Below are positions 1 through 13,517 of a DNA stretch of 64,000 nt, in pieces. The notes under the pieces are model-generated. The model made no database searches and was not told the origin of the DNA. It was given only the letters and a program-made list of their open reading frames with translations. The translations under genes and the position numbers were made by a program. The stretch comes from Massalongia carnosa (Eukaryota), in assembly GCA_965645245.1 (NCBI GenBank), contig OZ287081.1, positions 1,240,001 to 1,304,000 of the forward strand. Direction: 5' to 3'. Numbering within the stretch: the first letter of the stretch is position 1; each line of letters starts with the position of its first letter.

Positions 1-1268
1 CAGCAGCATACCAACCCTATTCAATCGTCATCCGACTTGGCACAGGCCCATGCGATAGGTTCGGCATCTCCGTCATGTTGGATTTCTCGTCGTCGCCCTC
101 AAGCTTGCGGCCGACAATGTGGGGCTTCAGGCCTAGGTCGAAGTTGGCGGTGCAGATGCAGGCGTTGATGATGGTAAGGATGATGAGATTGATGGTGATG
201 ACGGCGAAAGCGGTCAGGGGCTTTCGGACGGGGCGGAAGGTGGGCGCCTTGGACGAGTGGTACATGCGGACCAGTTTGAAAAGGAAGTATGCAAGGCCGG
301 CGAAATAGAGCAGCTTTCGGTTGGTACGAGGTTAGCGATGCCCGATCAAGGTAACGAGAGGTCATCCACTCACTATGATGGCAACCATGCCGATTCTGCT
401 CTCCCTGCGAGTGAAGAATGCGGCCATAAACAATATGACAATGGTGACGGGTATGGCAGCGATCGTCAGCGCAAATTCGACGGTACGTTTTTCCACGACG
501 ATGACGATAAATTGGATGGTAAACCCCAGGAAAAAGAAGAAATCAAACTTGAGAAGGGCGATGTAGATCTAAAGAGGATGTTAGCGGGGTCAAAGGACGC
601 TTCGGACGCGGACTCGTACCTGAAAGGTCAAATACCTCCTCTTCATCCTCAAATCAGCACTGATATGCTTGTATATCGTCCACGCAAACTCGTCATATAG
701 TTTCCATGCCACGATAGACATTAACACCGTGCCGAGCGCGATTACACACGGAACGGCCACCAGGTATGGTCTTGTTGATTCCCACACTCCCGGGTTGATA
801 TCGTTGTTTTCTGTCAGGCGATACACAGCGTCTTCAATCTGAGTCATCTGGACAGCGGCGTAGACGAGCAGGGCTACATTGGAGAAGCAAAGACCGATAA
901 TTTGAATGGTGTTCTTCAACCGAAGCGCGTCATACACTAAGAGCAACTGGTACAGAAAGCCGAAAATGTACAATGTGAGGAAAGTGGGAATGGTTTGGGT
1001 ATCGTTTCTATCGCTTTTGTGGGCATTGTTGCGATTCGCTGCTCCTTCCTTCAGGTTCGTCTGGAACTGTGCAAATACGTAGCTGCGCGCATGGTTAGTC
1101 CACATTCCCTTCCAGTTATCTCCTCACGCGACCCATGCATGATTTCGGTCGCAGGAGAGTTCTTGGCTCGGACAGAGAAACCCACGATTCAATCGCCAAC
1201 ACTATCGCCGCTTGAATGCACGTTACTGCCACAAACGCCCAGGTCCATAGGGAGTTTGGTTTGTACAT
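1..1268 (-). CDS. UPF0658-type multi-pass (Golgi) membrane protein; 3' end runs off the window
   Basis: Spliced ORF MYKPNSLWTWAFVAVTCIQAAIVLAIES|YVFAQFQ...TIPTFLTLYIFGFLYQLLLVYDALRLKNTIQ...YDEFAWTIYKHISADLRMKRRYLTFQ|IYIALLKFDFFFFLGFTIQF. GT-AG introns at 1083-1185 and 569-619, each with a CTAAC branch site. Confidence 0.85.
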
Positions 1269-2023
1269 GATTCCCTTTACGTGACGTCCGCCAGCGGAAG
1301 CAACAGGGTATCCCTTTCGCTGGTGATGGGCACCACTATACGGTTGATCCCAGCTTGAAGGCTGGCCTCCTAAGAGGGAAGCTCGTGCCTCGTGGCGTTG
1401 AATTTTGGCGGTGCTGGAATGCTCCGGATGGGAGATTCGCGATCGACTATGATGGAGACGAGAGTATTAGATATTTATGAAGCGAATATGTTCCCTTGGA
1501 TGTTGACTTGTAGAGTATCGATGCTTTCTTCACGCCTTGTCATCTGCCAGTTTTTCGCGACGTTTCAGCTTCTGTGATTGCTTCCTCGCCGTGAGTTATC
1601 TGAAACCGGTTAAACTGGGGGATCCAACGGGGTTTCGAAACTGGCCAACAGGAAGAGAATTTAAATTCACGGCAGACAAGCGCAACGAAACGAAGGTAGA
1701 TGCCAGATACGAAGAACAGGGCAAGTGAGTCTGGGTGGTAAGGAACTGTTGCGTTGAAGGTGGAAGAGGAGGAGGTGCTCTCTGTGCGGGAGATTGAAAG
1801 GGAAGGCGGGAAGATGGGGGAGGAGGTGGGAGGGTGGTGGGATTCACTGATTCACTCCCTCTCTTTCTCTCAACCCAAAATAGAAAAGAGAGTCTTGGCT
1901 CTTGACAAGGATTGCGTCGGTCGCTTAGCAAAAGGTCATGAAGTCTAACCGTTTTTGGTCTGACGAGAGGAACAAGACACCCAATCACCCAATCCGGTAA
2001 GGCAACAGGTACAGAAGTAGTAG

Positions 2024-2084
2024 TACAGAGTACTATACAGAGTACAGAGTACAGAGTACAGACTGCAGAGTACAGACTGCAGAG
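2024..2084. repeat. TA-punctuated 7-bp tandem array (CAGAGTA)n with degenerate copies
   Basis: TACAGAGTA at 2024, 2036, 2043 and 2050, followed by CAGACTG/CAGAG variants. Confidence 0.9.
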
Positions 2085-2406
2085 CGCATCGAATCAGGAA
2101 CTGTGGCTGAGCAATTGGGTTTCTCGGTGCGTAGTACAGAGTGCTCGGTATGCATCAACGTTGATGGAGCCAAAGCATCTCGTTTTCTTAACTAGCTATC
2201 GAACAGGCATTGCTGGTTTTCGCCATTGTTGTCCATTTTTCCTTTCCTTTGGTGAGGGGCTATCTTCATCGTCAATCTCGTACTTGGTATGACTGTGCGT
2301 GGGCTGTGAAGGATTCCCCAATATGTGGCGTTGTGACAGCTGTGGCTGGTAATTAATATGGTCCTCCGTACCGTCAGTAGTCCTCCGTACTCGACTGCGC
2401 ACACAA

Positions 2407-2441
2407 CGCCTCACCGTGCGCCTCACCGTGCGCCTCACCGT
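2407..2441. repeat. 12-bp tandem repeat (CGCCTCACCGTG) x~3
   Basis: Read directly; lies upstream of the PP4 regulatory subunit ATG. Confidence 0.85.
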
Positions 2442-2565
2442 CACCAAAGCTTCCCAAACCTCGTGACCAAGCGTCCATTGAACAGCAAAATCCAATCCAA
2501 ATACACAGATTGAATAGCAAAAGCTGAAGACGGAGATCCGTCGTAGCGGAGGAAGTGCTCCCAAC

Positions 2566-4034
2566 ATGTCAACAGGTATGACTGACGATTTCTCGTTCGT
2601 ATGGCCCTCCTTCCATATGTTGTGCAAGTCGCGCGAGCCTTGGGCTGCTGAACGCTTGTTGATTCTCTGCAGATGATGAGATCTTGGAGAGACTTGCGCT
2701 GGATGGCAGTATGGACTAGTAGGATTACCCAGGATGCATGATCTGCCATGTCCACTAAAGCCGGCGCAGTGCACAATGGCCTGGACTCCTCGACCGCATC
2801 GTGCCCCGATTAGATCATGTCTTTCTCCCCCATGCGCTTCTATGGGCACCAAATGGGCTGACAAGTTTCCAAGATCGCTCACAATGAATTCCCCATCCCA
2901 AAGATCCCGCTTCCCACCCCCTTCCTGCCCTCGAGTAGAGAAGATCCGCCGAGCGCAAAACAGGAAATCCCTTCGAGCCAGGATACATCACCCCCCGACT
3001 CCCAGAAAGAGAACGTCCTTCCAGACTCGCCATCGACTCGCCAGTCTGCTCCATTGCCCCAGGGTACATCCCCACTTACTCCGCTTACCTTCCGCCCCAT
3101 CTCAGCAGCGAGCATCTCCGCCCCCCAAGGAACGCTTCCCCAGCAGCTGCTCTCTCGTCTTTCCTCGATCCAATCCGCCCTCAAAACCCAATTCACAACC
3201 GCACCGCCACATACAGCGCAGCGCTTTGCAGAGCTTGTCCTCCGGCCGACCCTGCATTATCGGACGCTGCCCTCCTACCTCCGGGCTTTGGATCGCGTGA
3301 TATCGGTCTCAAGCGCCGCCGACGTTTTCCCCCTCCCTGAGCTCGCGCCCCCGTCCGGGATCTCCAATGGCCGCCTGATGAATGGCATCTCCACACCTGA
3401 TTCGTCCGGCTCATCCGGCGCCGACGACTTCATCGGCGGTGCCGAGCTAACGCCGATCTCCTGGCTGATCGGATCCATGTCGCCCTCGTACCACACCACC
3501 GACCGCACCAACACAAGCGACCTGCGCACCGAATCCACCTCACTGATCGACGGCCCCAACGGCGCCGGTTCCCTCGAAACGGTAACGGTAACGGTGAACG
3601 GCATCGCAAGCGCCACCCACGAACCTCGTCGACATGACGGCGGCCGCGGCCGCGGCGGCGGGAACGCCGTAGCCATTACGCCGCAACCCGTTCACGGTGA
3701 CCGGGCAGCACGAAACCACGGTGCGGCTCCCTCCTCGAGTAGCGAGCCGAACGGCGAAGAAGCCGAAGAGAGGATAACGGCCCGCGGGCCCGATGAGATC
3801 GGCGTCACGGACACGGGCCCGCAAGCGCATGGGCCGGGAGGCTTCGACGTTGAAGCGGCGTTGGGCCGGAAGGGCGAAGGGGAGAACATGGCGGCGACAG
3901 CGACAGCGGCGGGGGAAGACGGCTTACCTGTGGGGAAGGAACAGCAGCAGGATGGAGACGGGGATTACGTCCTGGTGGACGCGGAGGGCGGAGTGCCGGG
4001 CGGAGATGCGACCGCGACGGCGGGGGAGGGGTAG
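2566..4034 (+). CDS. Protein phosphatase 4 core regulatory subunit R2 (PPP4R2/Psy4-like)
   Basis: Three short 5' introns give MSTDDEILERLALDGSMDYAQWPGLLDRIVPRLDHIAHNEFPIPK. The main exon has the PPP4R2-type motif F..APPHTAQRFAELVLRP..HYRTLPSYLRALDRVISVSS and an acidic tail. Confidence 0.8.
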
Positions 4035-5540
4035 ACGAACACGGTCTCCAACTTTTGACAGCCTACTGCCCTATTTTGGGACGGACAGGACTTGATAGAT
4101 AGGGTGGGTATTTAGTAACCGATCAAACCTTTCCGTCCATGGCCTCATAACGGACTGATATGTGGGAAACACTCCAACCCCCTTTTGTTTTTTTCCCCCC
4201 TCCTTTGATTTTTATCATCATCATCTTTATACATACATACCACCATCACGGAGCCAGCCTTTACAAAATCAACGCGAACGCCCTTCTGCCCCGCTCCCCC
4301 CTCCCCCCCCCCCCCCGGCTTTTCTCCCATTCCCTTCCCCGCGCGCACGTCTATCCCTTAAACCTACTCCCTATCTCGTCGCCCTACTGCTGGCTTTTAG
4401 GCATGGGTGGACCTTGGTTATTGGGATGGGACTACATAGGTTAACGGTTCGATTGGATGGGATTTGGGGTTGGATTGTTAGAGTTGGTTAGGGCGGCAGG
4501 ACAGCCGGGGGGGGGGTTTTTTAAAAAAAACAATTTGGGGTTGGTTGGGTTTGATTCGGGTCGAGGGTGGTTCGGTATCTATTTATTTATGTATGTGTGT
4601 AGATGGGTGTGAGATTTGGTTGGTTGGTTGGTTGTCTTTCCTGTCTCCATTTCATACATGGTTGCTTGCTACTTATCTATCTACATACCAATTTCCCTTA
4701 GGTTGGGACTGCTCAACTTGACTAAACCTTCCTTGGGGTGCATAAAATATGTGTATTCAGTATCTTGTAAATATCCATGCCACATCTCCTCTCCTCTTCT
4801 GTTCTTTCCGTTTCTTTTCTCACATCTTGTCTCGTCTTGTCAACCCTTGTACCGTATACCATCCCCAAGTTCTGAAGTGTGAGGGGTATGAATGCGAAGG
4901 AGGAGGAGGAGGGGGAGCTTGGACTTTTGGCTTTTTGAAGGGGATTGATTATTATCATTCTGGTTGCTAGGGAGTGAGGGATGGAAGAAAGGAGACGGGA
5001 GAAATCGAGAATCAACGAGTAAATCTTCACGAAGAAAAGCAATAGGTAAACCAAGGCGTTGAAATCGACAGATCTCTCTCATCATCATCATCGTCCGAAA
5101 TCTGGAGAAAAGATGACATTCGGTTCCCATCCTCCTCTCCACTTGTGCGGAACATTTATCAATTACCTGTCCTTCATGCTTTCTCGTCCTCTTATCTTAA
5201 GATATCGTATTGAGTCAGCTTGTTTGAAGAAACGAGGAGAAGTATGCCACTTCTATGAGTTTCTCAGAACGGAAATGGGTTTGGAGGAACGAGAGTCTCG
5301 GATTGAGAGATAAGGAGATGAATGAATGGATAAATGGATACAAAAGGAAAGGAACGAGGCGATAATTTGGAGAATTGAGAAGAATTGGCAAGCAACGACA
5401 AAGTGAGAATGTCACCACTACAATGAGCAATTCCTTTGAGAAATTTTCATAACTACGCGAAAGTGAATTTTCTTTTTGGTAAGACGAAAAGATAAATTCG
5501 TCAGAAACTGCTAGAGGGCTGGATCAATTCCATTCCGCTC

Positions 5541-5628
5541 AACGACGACTTGAACGACGACTTGAACGACGACTTGAACGACGACTTGAACGACGACTTG
5601 AACGACGACTTGAACGACGACTTGAACG
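5541..5628. repeat. Perfect 12-bp minisatellite (AACGACGACTTG) x7.3
   Basis: Units start at 5541, 5553, 5565, 5577, 5589, 5601 and 5613, with a partial unit at 5625. Confidence 0.95.
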
Positions 5629-8600
5629 CATGCACAGAAAGGTTCAATCAAACAAGCTGCTCTGAACGGAAAAACACAATAGGTTTCGTTCACAGTAGCA
5701 CTGTTATTTTTTTACTTATTATTTTCTTCTCGATGCATGTTTTATCCCGGGACTTTCGAACGCGCACGCACATTGACACATCGGACAGCAAATCCTGTTG
5801 TAGTGAGCGGCTGAATGATTGACTACTGTTCAAGAAAAGTCTCAGAAACATCCATTGAGGTTAGGTATTGCGTTTAAGTTATTCAGTTACAAGTAAATCC
5901 ATCTGCATCCGGGTTCCTGCTTTGTTTTTGGTCAGAACCCTTTAAAAATCTCAATTGGATTAGGCGTGTTAATGATTTCGAAATCTTACGAAAAAAAGTG
6001 AATAACCATTGATCTCTATTGATAGTTAATGAAATTTATTATTATCAACGTACGGAGCCTGATGTTGAAAGTATAACGAAACAGCATCTTCGACAACCCT
6101 TGATTAAAACTATACTTGTCAATAGCATACATGTACATGACATACCTTGACCAGATGAATGAAGTTCTGAACCACCATAAATCAGGCTGGAGGTATTGAC
6201 TTGCTTTGCGTTCGGTTTTTCCCTTTCTTTTTCGTCGTCATCCGTTTGCTTGGTTCCCTGCTTGAAGAAGTCTCCTCTCTCTTCACCTCCTTTTTGTTCC
6301 CTTAACCAGCTTCCTATTCTTAGACGTCTCTTTACTCTCAGATTAGATCTATTTCCCCACACCTATCTCTGCGAACTCAGGTTTCATTCAATCTTCCGCT
6401 CTTCGTACCGGGATGATTTACCGCATGCCTTTGGTCTAAGAAGTCTTGAAACTAAACTGCATGATTGTGTGGAACTTTCCTGAAGTAGCAATCCTTGACC
6501 CTTCCCTGACAACCAACCCAATCCCTGACAATGAGAATGAGAAATGACAAACAATATTGCATTCCTAGGAGGTTAGGGTTTTGGGGTTTAGGATGCATTT
6601 GGTGGAGATCGAGCTGTTCGACTCAACGCTGAAGCTGTGTATGGACTGCGTTATTTAGTGATTGAGCTCGATGGACTGGGTGTTTAAAGGGCATTCAAAG
6701 CCTGGTGCGGAAACAACATGTGCAAGGATATTACGTCTCTTCCGTCGTGGTTTAACCATCCCAAGGATGTCTCAACTGGGAATGTGGCCGATGATAAGGT
6801 TTGTGAAAGGAGGAGGCGTTCAGAACAAATTGAAGATGATGAGGCGCAAAGCAGATGAAGGTGGACGAGGATGTTGCTGCATAGATGATGGGAATAAAGT
6901 TTTGCGATGGGCGAGTGATGCGTGATTGGCAAGGCGATCCCAGCACTCTGTATGGAGGGGGGTTCAGAGACAGATTCTTGTTGGAAGGACTTTTGACTGC
7001 TTTTGGCAGTAAGATGCGAAACGGAAAATGCATTGCGAATCGCCAGTTGAACCCCAGAGCTGGGAACCAAACCCTCCGATCTTTGCTAAGGGAGGAAAGA
7101 TGTAACCGGATGAAGTGCAGTAGTTCCATTCCCCATCATCGATCCACTTGGGTGCTCGCTCATTGCACTTATCGTAAGGAGCGACTTTGATCGGGGCGAT
7201 AGGCGTTCAAGTTCGTCATGTAGCATCCATCATTGTACAATGGCGGTCGCATACCTTTGGACTCTGGTTGCACGACATCGGCATAAGCAGACGAGGACGC
7301 AGACGCAGAGGCAGACGCATACTGTGTACGCACAAACAAACCCCCTAGGTGGCGCGACCAACCTCATCACTGTTACACGGACAACCTCGAACCCAACGGA
7401 CTCGGGACGATGACATGGTGCTACATGATACGGTGATACTGGTGCATGGAACACGCTCAACCTTAATTACTCTGTACCGAGCACCGAGCGAAATGTCGTC
7501 CGTTGATGTGCTCTGTACTCTGTAATTTTGCGCCGAGTACTCGCACGAGTGTAACATCGGATGCATTTCTTTGCCTGCCAGCAGGTCCCTTACTCTGTGC
7601 TCCTTGTCAGCGGTAGTTGGTCTATACGGATTTAGCCGTATGATCCAGTCACTGTGCCTACCTTCCACCGAATAGTGACTCGCAAGCCGCAGCCCTCATC
7701 ATTAACCTTTCCCCACAATCCCATGTTCGGGATATACTCCGGCAAGAGAATAGAGAACAGAGAATAGGGAACAGATATGTAACTAGGGACAGAGTACAGA
7801 GCACCTAGATGGCTTCTCAGATCGAACTTATGAGTAGACTCCCTTTCAATCGTCCAATGATCACCCCAAAAGCAATCATCCCTTGCCATGATGATTACAA
7901 TGTACTCTATACCATCTCTCAATCGCTCGAGTTTGCCTTCTTTATATCTTACCATCGGCAGTGAAACAACCAGTCCACCGCACAGAGTACCATTCTCCGT
8001 ATTCCCCCGTGCCGAGGCAGTCAGCCTGCAAAATTGCTAACCTTTACCTGTTAGGCGAGTCGACGGGATCTCTCCAAATGACTCGCATGTGAGCCAATCA
8101 ACACTTGCGATGGCGTGTCGTTGCGGGAGGCCATACTAGGCAAGGCTTCATGGCGGAAAGCGGAACGGATTAGTCACGATGGCGCTTGGCAATGTGGGGC
8201 AGAACGGCGTGGAAATTGGACCACGAAATAATTCCCTACTACCGTCGTCGGAGGTGTCCCCGTCGACCGAATGATTGGGCGCTTGAGATGGAGTGGCAAT
8301 TGTTTACGGGGAGAGACATTGAGGAGCTTTCTTATTGCGCTCTTGTCTCTAGCCACCATTTAACTTTTTGGAGGCGTTCTTCTTTCCTTGGGTCGCGAGG
8401 TCAGATGGTACAAGCGTCGATGAGATTGGACAGCTGATGCAAAAACGAAAGGATTCGACTTACTCTGTATGGACGCTTTCTTCGGAGACAAAGGACGAAA
8501 TTACCTAAAATAATTAGGGGTAGGTTGTCAGTGGATCATGCCTTGTCTGATATTCGAAGACGGCTGCTGTCCTGAGAGATTTAGCCATCAGATCCAGCGA

Positions 8601-9413
8601 CGAATGAGCCTCGCTTATTCACTGGTCTTCGCCTCGGAAATGAGATTCAATGAACGAGCATGTTTCCTCAAGCTACATTGGGTCCCGCAAATTGCCTGCC
8701 TGGTCAAGGAACCGTTCGGCAGGTCACCATTATTGTTGTTATTCTTCCTATTCTCTCCCGTTGTAAACCCTCCAAAACCATAGCAGACACTTATTGGGTA
8801 AATCCAATAAAAAGGATCGGGCGTCTCCTGGTGGGATTGCAAGTAACACATACCAAAAACCACACGGGTGGAGTCCACCGGCATGGTGTACCCTATACTT
8901 CTATCCCCGCACATCCGAAAGAAGACATCCCGTGCCTCGGGTATAACGGGCAAAACCGGCCAGTCAGTTGTCACCAGCAAGCCACAAAGGAAAATTCTGT
9001 GCAAAATTCCCTAAGTCAAACGTTTGGATGAATGAGAACGCCCGATGAAGATCGCTCGAAATCGAAAGATTCCTGTCAATAAGTCGGTCGCAAGTCAAAG
9101 GTTAAAAATAAAGGACTAAACGCTTCGCTATGTCTAGTGACCCGGTGAAAACCCATGCAGCCACAAACTTTTGAGAAAACAACGCAAGCCACCCACGCTT
9201 CAAATCAAAGTCTAGAGAAAATGGGATTAGCACGAATTGGTGTTACAGGATTCATAGTGGTAGTACAGACGCCAAGACAAACGAAAAGTTTATTGTGGTA
9301 AAGCGGAAGTGAATGGATAGAATCGAGATGGAAGATTTGACCGTGCTCATTAGGTCTGACTGTTAGTGCATGCGTATATGCGTACATGCATGGAGAGCTT
9401 GCAAAGTAGCCTT

Positions 9414-11081
9414 TCAGAGGCACACCGAGAGTGGATTTAGACCGTTCATCTTCGTCGCTTGCCCGTTGGTGTAGATGTTACGAATGAAGCGGTGCTCGAC
9501 TGCTTCTTGCTGCTTCTGTGTGACTCGCTTCATGCGATATGCGTCGTCGTCGTCTGCTCCGTCGCGGCTACCCCAGGCAGTCTGCACGGACCATCAGCAA
9601 GAGACTCGAACACATGAAACATTCAGCAGATAGAGCACCCATAGTGGGGTAAATCAAGAGGCAGCAGTTAAAGTTGGCGTATTTCACAGGTATTTCAGGA
9701 AGCTCCATGCAGCTAGCCAAGAAATGGCGGGGATGATGAACTGGAAAATGCAGCTTACCACGTTCAAAGATAACATGGCGTAAACCTTGATTAGGCCATG
9801 AAGATAGCCGAAAAGAATCGAAATCGGCAGTAAAAGAAAATCTACCGGGTACCGGATATAGTGGCCAAGCAGTTTAATGAATTTCGTCATGAACATCCAG
9901 CTTAATAGGACCATGAAGCCCAGCGCCTGCGCATCATTGTCCCAAGACTCGGTGGTTCGAAGAAACAAGAAAAGAAGTAAACAGTCGCCAAACAATGCCC
10001 AATGGGAGAGAGTGGTAAGGTGGACGGCGTATGTACTCCATGGCTGGCTTCTGCGCTTGAGTTTAGTCCGGAGCCGTAGCTGACAGCAAAGGAACTGTGT
10101 GGTGATGTGTGTATGCACAGCGATTGACTGACCTCCATATATGCCCCTCGCAGAACATGCTGGTGATATTGCTTCGCCAGTTGCTTCGAGACCAACGCAA
10201 GCACTGTTTCAGAAATTTAGGGTTATTCTCCAGCGTGGTCAGGACCTCAGCCTCCTTGTGGTATTGATACCAAATTTTTTTGTTGTGGGACACCAGCCAT
10301 CTCGTGATAAAGTTGTCGTCGTCGGCATTAAGTTGATAACGGCCCAACCATTCTTCGTGAGTGAAGCCATATATGAATGCATCATCTCTCAGAATTTTGG
10401 TTCGATATGCAACCGTCCTGCCAGAAAGGCACGGTAAACCACCGTCCATGTACATACAAGAGGCACAGTCAAAATTTCTGCGCTCGAGATAGAGTGCGCC
10501 AAGGTAGCCCCAGACTCGCCGTCGAAAGTCCGGGGCTTCCGTTCGCCGAAGCCTTTGATTTGTGCCAACACCACCAAAACGCTCATCTTCCAATGGGGCC
10601 AACATCCACAGAAGCAGCTTCGATGGCCATGTAACATCATCATCCGCAAAAACTGTGATGTCGGTTTTCACCTCGGGAATTGCGCGAACCATTTGCCGGC
10701 GCTTGTTTGGATGGGCGACGGAACACACGCGGACTTTGGAGGTGCCCATGGTTTTAATCATTAACCTCGCCTGCAGCTCGTGTGCCTTGACCGTGACTAG
10801 TATAATCTCGTAGGGCTCTGTGACAAGAATGCTGCGAATCGTGTCTATGAGCTCCTCACCATCCCCCTCAATTGATGGTATTACAACAGTCACATCTTTG
10901 GAGGTCAGTCTCGGGTTTTCAGGTATAGGTATGGGCCGGAGTCTGCAGAATGCAAACAGGTTTACGATCAAGCGAGTATAACGATAAAGACTGTTGCCCA
11001 CGTAATTAGTAGAAGAGCTAGATCGTGGGGTGGGAAGTCGACTCACAACAATGATACGAACGCGTCATAACATGAGAACAT
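9414..11081 (-). CDS. Glycosyltransferase family 2, Cps1-like processive polysaccharide synthase
   Basis: Motifs DVTVVIPS, NKRRQM, VFADDDV, CLSGRT, ADDDNFITRW and QCLRW (QxxRW), then C-terminal TM helices and a TAWGSR motif in the last exon. Three introns; the start codon is less certain than the rest. Confidence 0.85.
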
Positions 11082-12785
11082 GACGAAACCAAATGAAGGT
11101 AAGAAAAGAGCGTGCCAGTGTGGTCAGTCAGGCCATTGGGCAAAGCCAAAGCGAACGAAGGACATTTGACATCTAAATACTCCAGGGTCCACGACATAAT
11201 GTGTAACCAATCTTCTCCAAACCCTATTTATCTGTATAGTAGACTCTTGCAAAACCGGGGTTGGACATCAAGGAGGTTGATTAGCGTAATGCGCACGCCA
11301 AAGATGACTGATACAAAACAGGTGTGGTGCATGGAACTATGTCTGAGCCCATTCCTATTATCACGCCAACAAAAATGTGGCATCAACCAAGATCGCCAGT
11401 CCCGTTCTGCCGTTGTAGGTCAAACGCACATGGGGCTGCAGGAGCGGGTGAAAGTGGGAGTCAAGCTCAAAGTCCCAGGCTCTAAAGTTCTTAGGGTGAA
11501 TCAACCAGACCACCAGAAAATCGAGCCGCAACCGAAACGTTTTAGTCGCCAAATGGGATCGGACCAACCCCGCGCATTATCCGCGACTTGTTTGTTGGAA
11601 AAGTTTTTTCCAGAAAGAGAGTCTCCGGAAAAGGTAACATCATGCGGTCTCGACGTCAACGGTACTTCTTGTCATCTTGACTCCCAATGGTTTTGGTTTG
11701 TAGATCCTAAGAGTTCAAAAACGCCTCTTCTTCGTATCCTCGGACATGGCACGTCGAAGCATCTAAGCTTTCTGCTACCGGCTGTCTTTGCATGTGACAA
11801 GGGAGTTACATTATTCATGATTCCAACAGACAAGACCCACCGTAGATCCAGTTCTACCAATCGAAAATGGCCTTTGGTAGTCAATAGCGGCTATTCAACT
11901 TTTCCAACCCTATATTGAGCAAAGCCAGAGGAGTAGGTAGGCCCAGGGAATCAAAGTCTATTGTGCCTTTTCACACGGCAAGGCTCATGATACTTGTCCG
12001 TATAATTGAACCTGCTCTTCGTTTTTCTATCCGTCGCCATTGCTCCTGCGCTTTGAGTGTGAAGCAAAGCATGGTTGCTGACGCCATTCACAGCCGCTAA
12101 GGCATTTCGTGGACAAACGTAGAAAGAACACTTGGCGATGTAATCCTCAGGCGTTCATAGGCCCGCTTCCACGGCGATTGCATATGCGCTGCACTCTTCA
12201 GTCAGAGACTGGTACTGCTATCTCCCGCGTGGCGTTTAACCATTGCTTGATCTGCATAGTGAAAGCAGATATGGTGGAGGCTTGATTCATCGGTAAGCCG
12301 TGAACAAGACTGATCGAAGGGCTTTCGGTATGTTTTAAAGATCGACGTAAGGTGGTGATATTTCAGTCTTACGAGCTCGGTTTTGTCGTCCACTCGGTAA
12401 GTTAAGGGGGGAATGCAAGGACAAGCCAAAGATCATTTAGTCCGCGCGCCTGCTTGAAAGCACCACGCCAGATTATGCAGAAGTGCATAAAATGCATCTC
12501 AGCCTAAGTGTGCGATCGAGCGCCCCTGATCCCCTGATCGTCCGGGTAAGTAGAAACCCGCTTCCCCGTCTTAGCGACCGAAACTGTTGATCGGTTCGTT
12601 TAGAACGATGATTGCTTTTGCTTATGTAATCCCGGTTTTCCGTTCTGTAACTAGTCTGTACCTCGATCCCGAGAAATCGTCAATTCATCAAAGTTCTCAA
12701 TACAGAGGGACAGCGATCAAGTTCATCAGTAACAGGGTCTCCTTACTGCTGCTATCTACGTATTTTCGCAACACGTGTGACGAAA

Positions 12786-13298
12786 ATGAAACCTGATTTG
12801 TTTAGTTTGCAAGAGACGGCCAGGTTGCTTGAATTAATTTTTCACCGCTACAGGAATCAACACCGTCATATCAAGTGGTGGAAATGGCTTGCTATGTTAA
12901 AAAGATGCCTGAAGGCGTTGATTCAAGAGCTCGAGGCTTCGGATCGCGTACGCGCCGCTTTAAGGATAGTCTATATGCGGGACATCCTGGTCCCAAGATG
13001 CCACTTGTGGGTGTTGGAGTAAATTCGATGACTTCTGAATTGCATAACTAATAGCCAGCCACACAGGCCATTCTCCCAGCTCGTGCAAGACAATCAATTT
13101 TCTCCTGTCGGGCTTGTGCTCTTAGCAGAGTTATCTAAGACCCAAAGGACACTCGAGAGCTTGGGTGGTGATGATGCCGGAACAGAAGCGTTAACGATTC
13201 CGCCTGACCTTCGACAGCATGCTGAAGATGTAGGAGAGCGCGTAAGCCGGGAAGGCTCGATTTTTATTCATCCGGAAAATATACATGATGCGATATGA
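12786..13298 (+). CDS. RMP1: RNase MRP protein subunit Rmp1-like
   Basis: LLELIFHRYRNQHRHIKWWKWLAMLKR...VPRCHL|AFSQLVQDNQFSPVGLVLLAEL, with one intron at ~13007-13066. The C-terminal end is uncertain. Confidence 0.75.
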
Positions 13299-13517
13299 AG
13301 TACGCCTACATACGCCATGTACGATAGGTTGGATATGTGACTGCATACACGTCTTTCGGAAGCCGGTAACGGAGAAATGGGAGGTTGTTTTAGAGCGCTT
13401 TGGGAGCCAGCCTTAGCAAGTCCGAGCTACGCGCATGAGATCAGGAACTGCCGCCGTACTCTGTAGTGGCTGCATAGTTTACCGAGAACCCCTGTTGATG
13501 TCGACTTGAAATTGAAA

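Noticed and set aside
2196..2882. 228-aa minus-strand ORF and other long antisense ORFs over GC-rich genes (e.g. 54729-55466, 55664-56341)
   Set aside because: They are shadow or alternative-frame ORFs overlapping well-supported genes and have no motifs of their own.
5541..5628. CRISPR-like array
   Set aside because: Head-to-tail 12-bp repeats with no spacers, no cas genes and a eukaryotic context.
4940..6540. Possible old TIR pair (~4945-4980 vs ~6500-6540)
   Set aside because: Similarity is weak and gapped, with no TSD or transposase motif found.
6572..6592. Telomere-like TTAGGG patch
   Set aside because: Only one exact unit plus degenerate neighbours; too short to call an interstitial telomere.
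6605..6630. GTTCGACTC B-box/tRNA T-loop-like word
   Set aside because: No T-stem, acceptor stem or cloverleaf could be formed.
11112..11918. 268-aa + strand ORF
   Set aside because: No recognisable motif, begins at a non-ATG codon and lies antisense to the Cps1-like upstream region; likely spurious.
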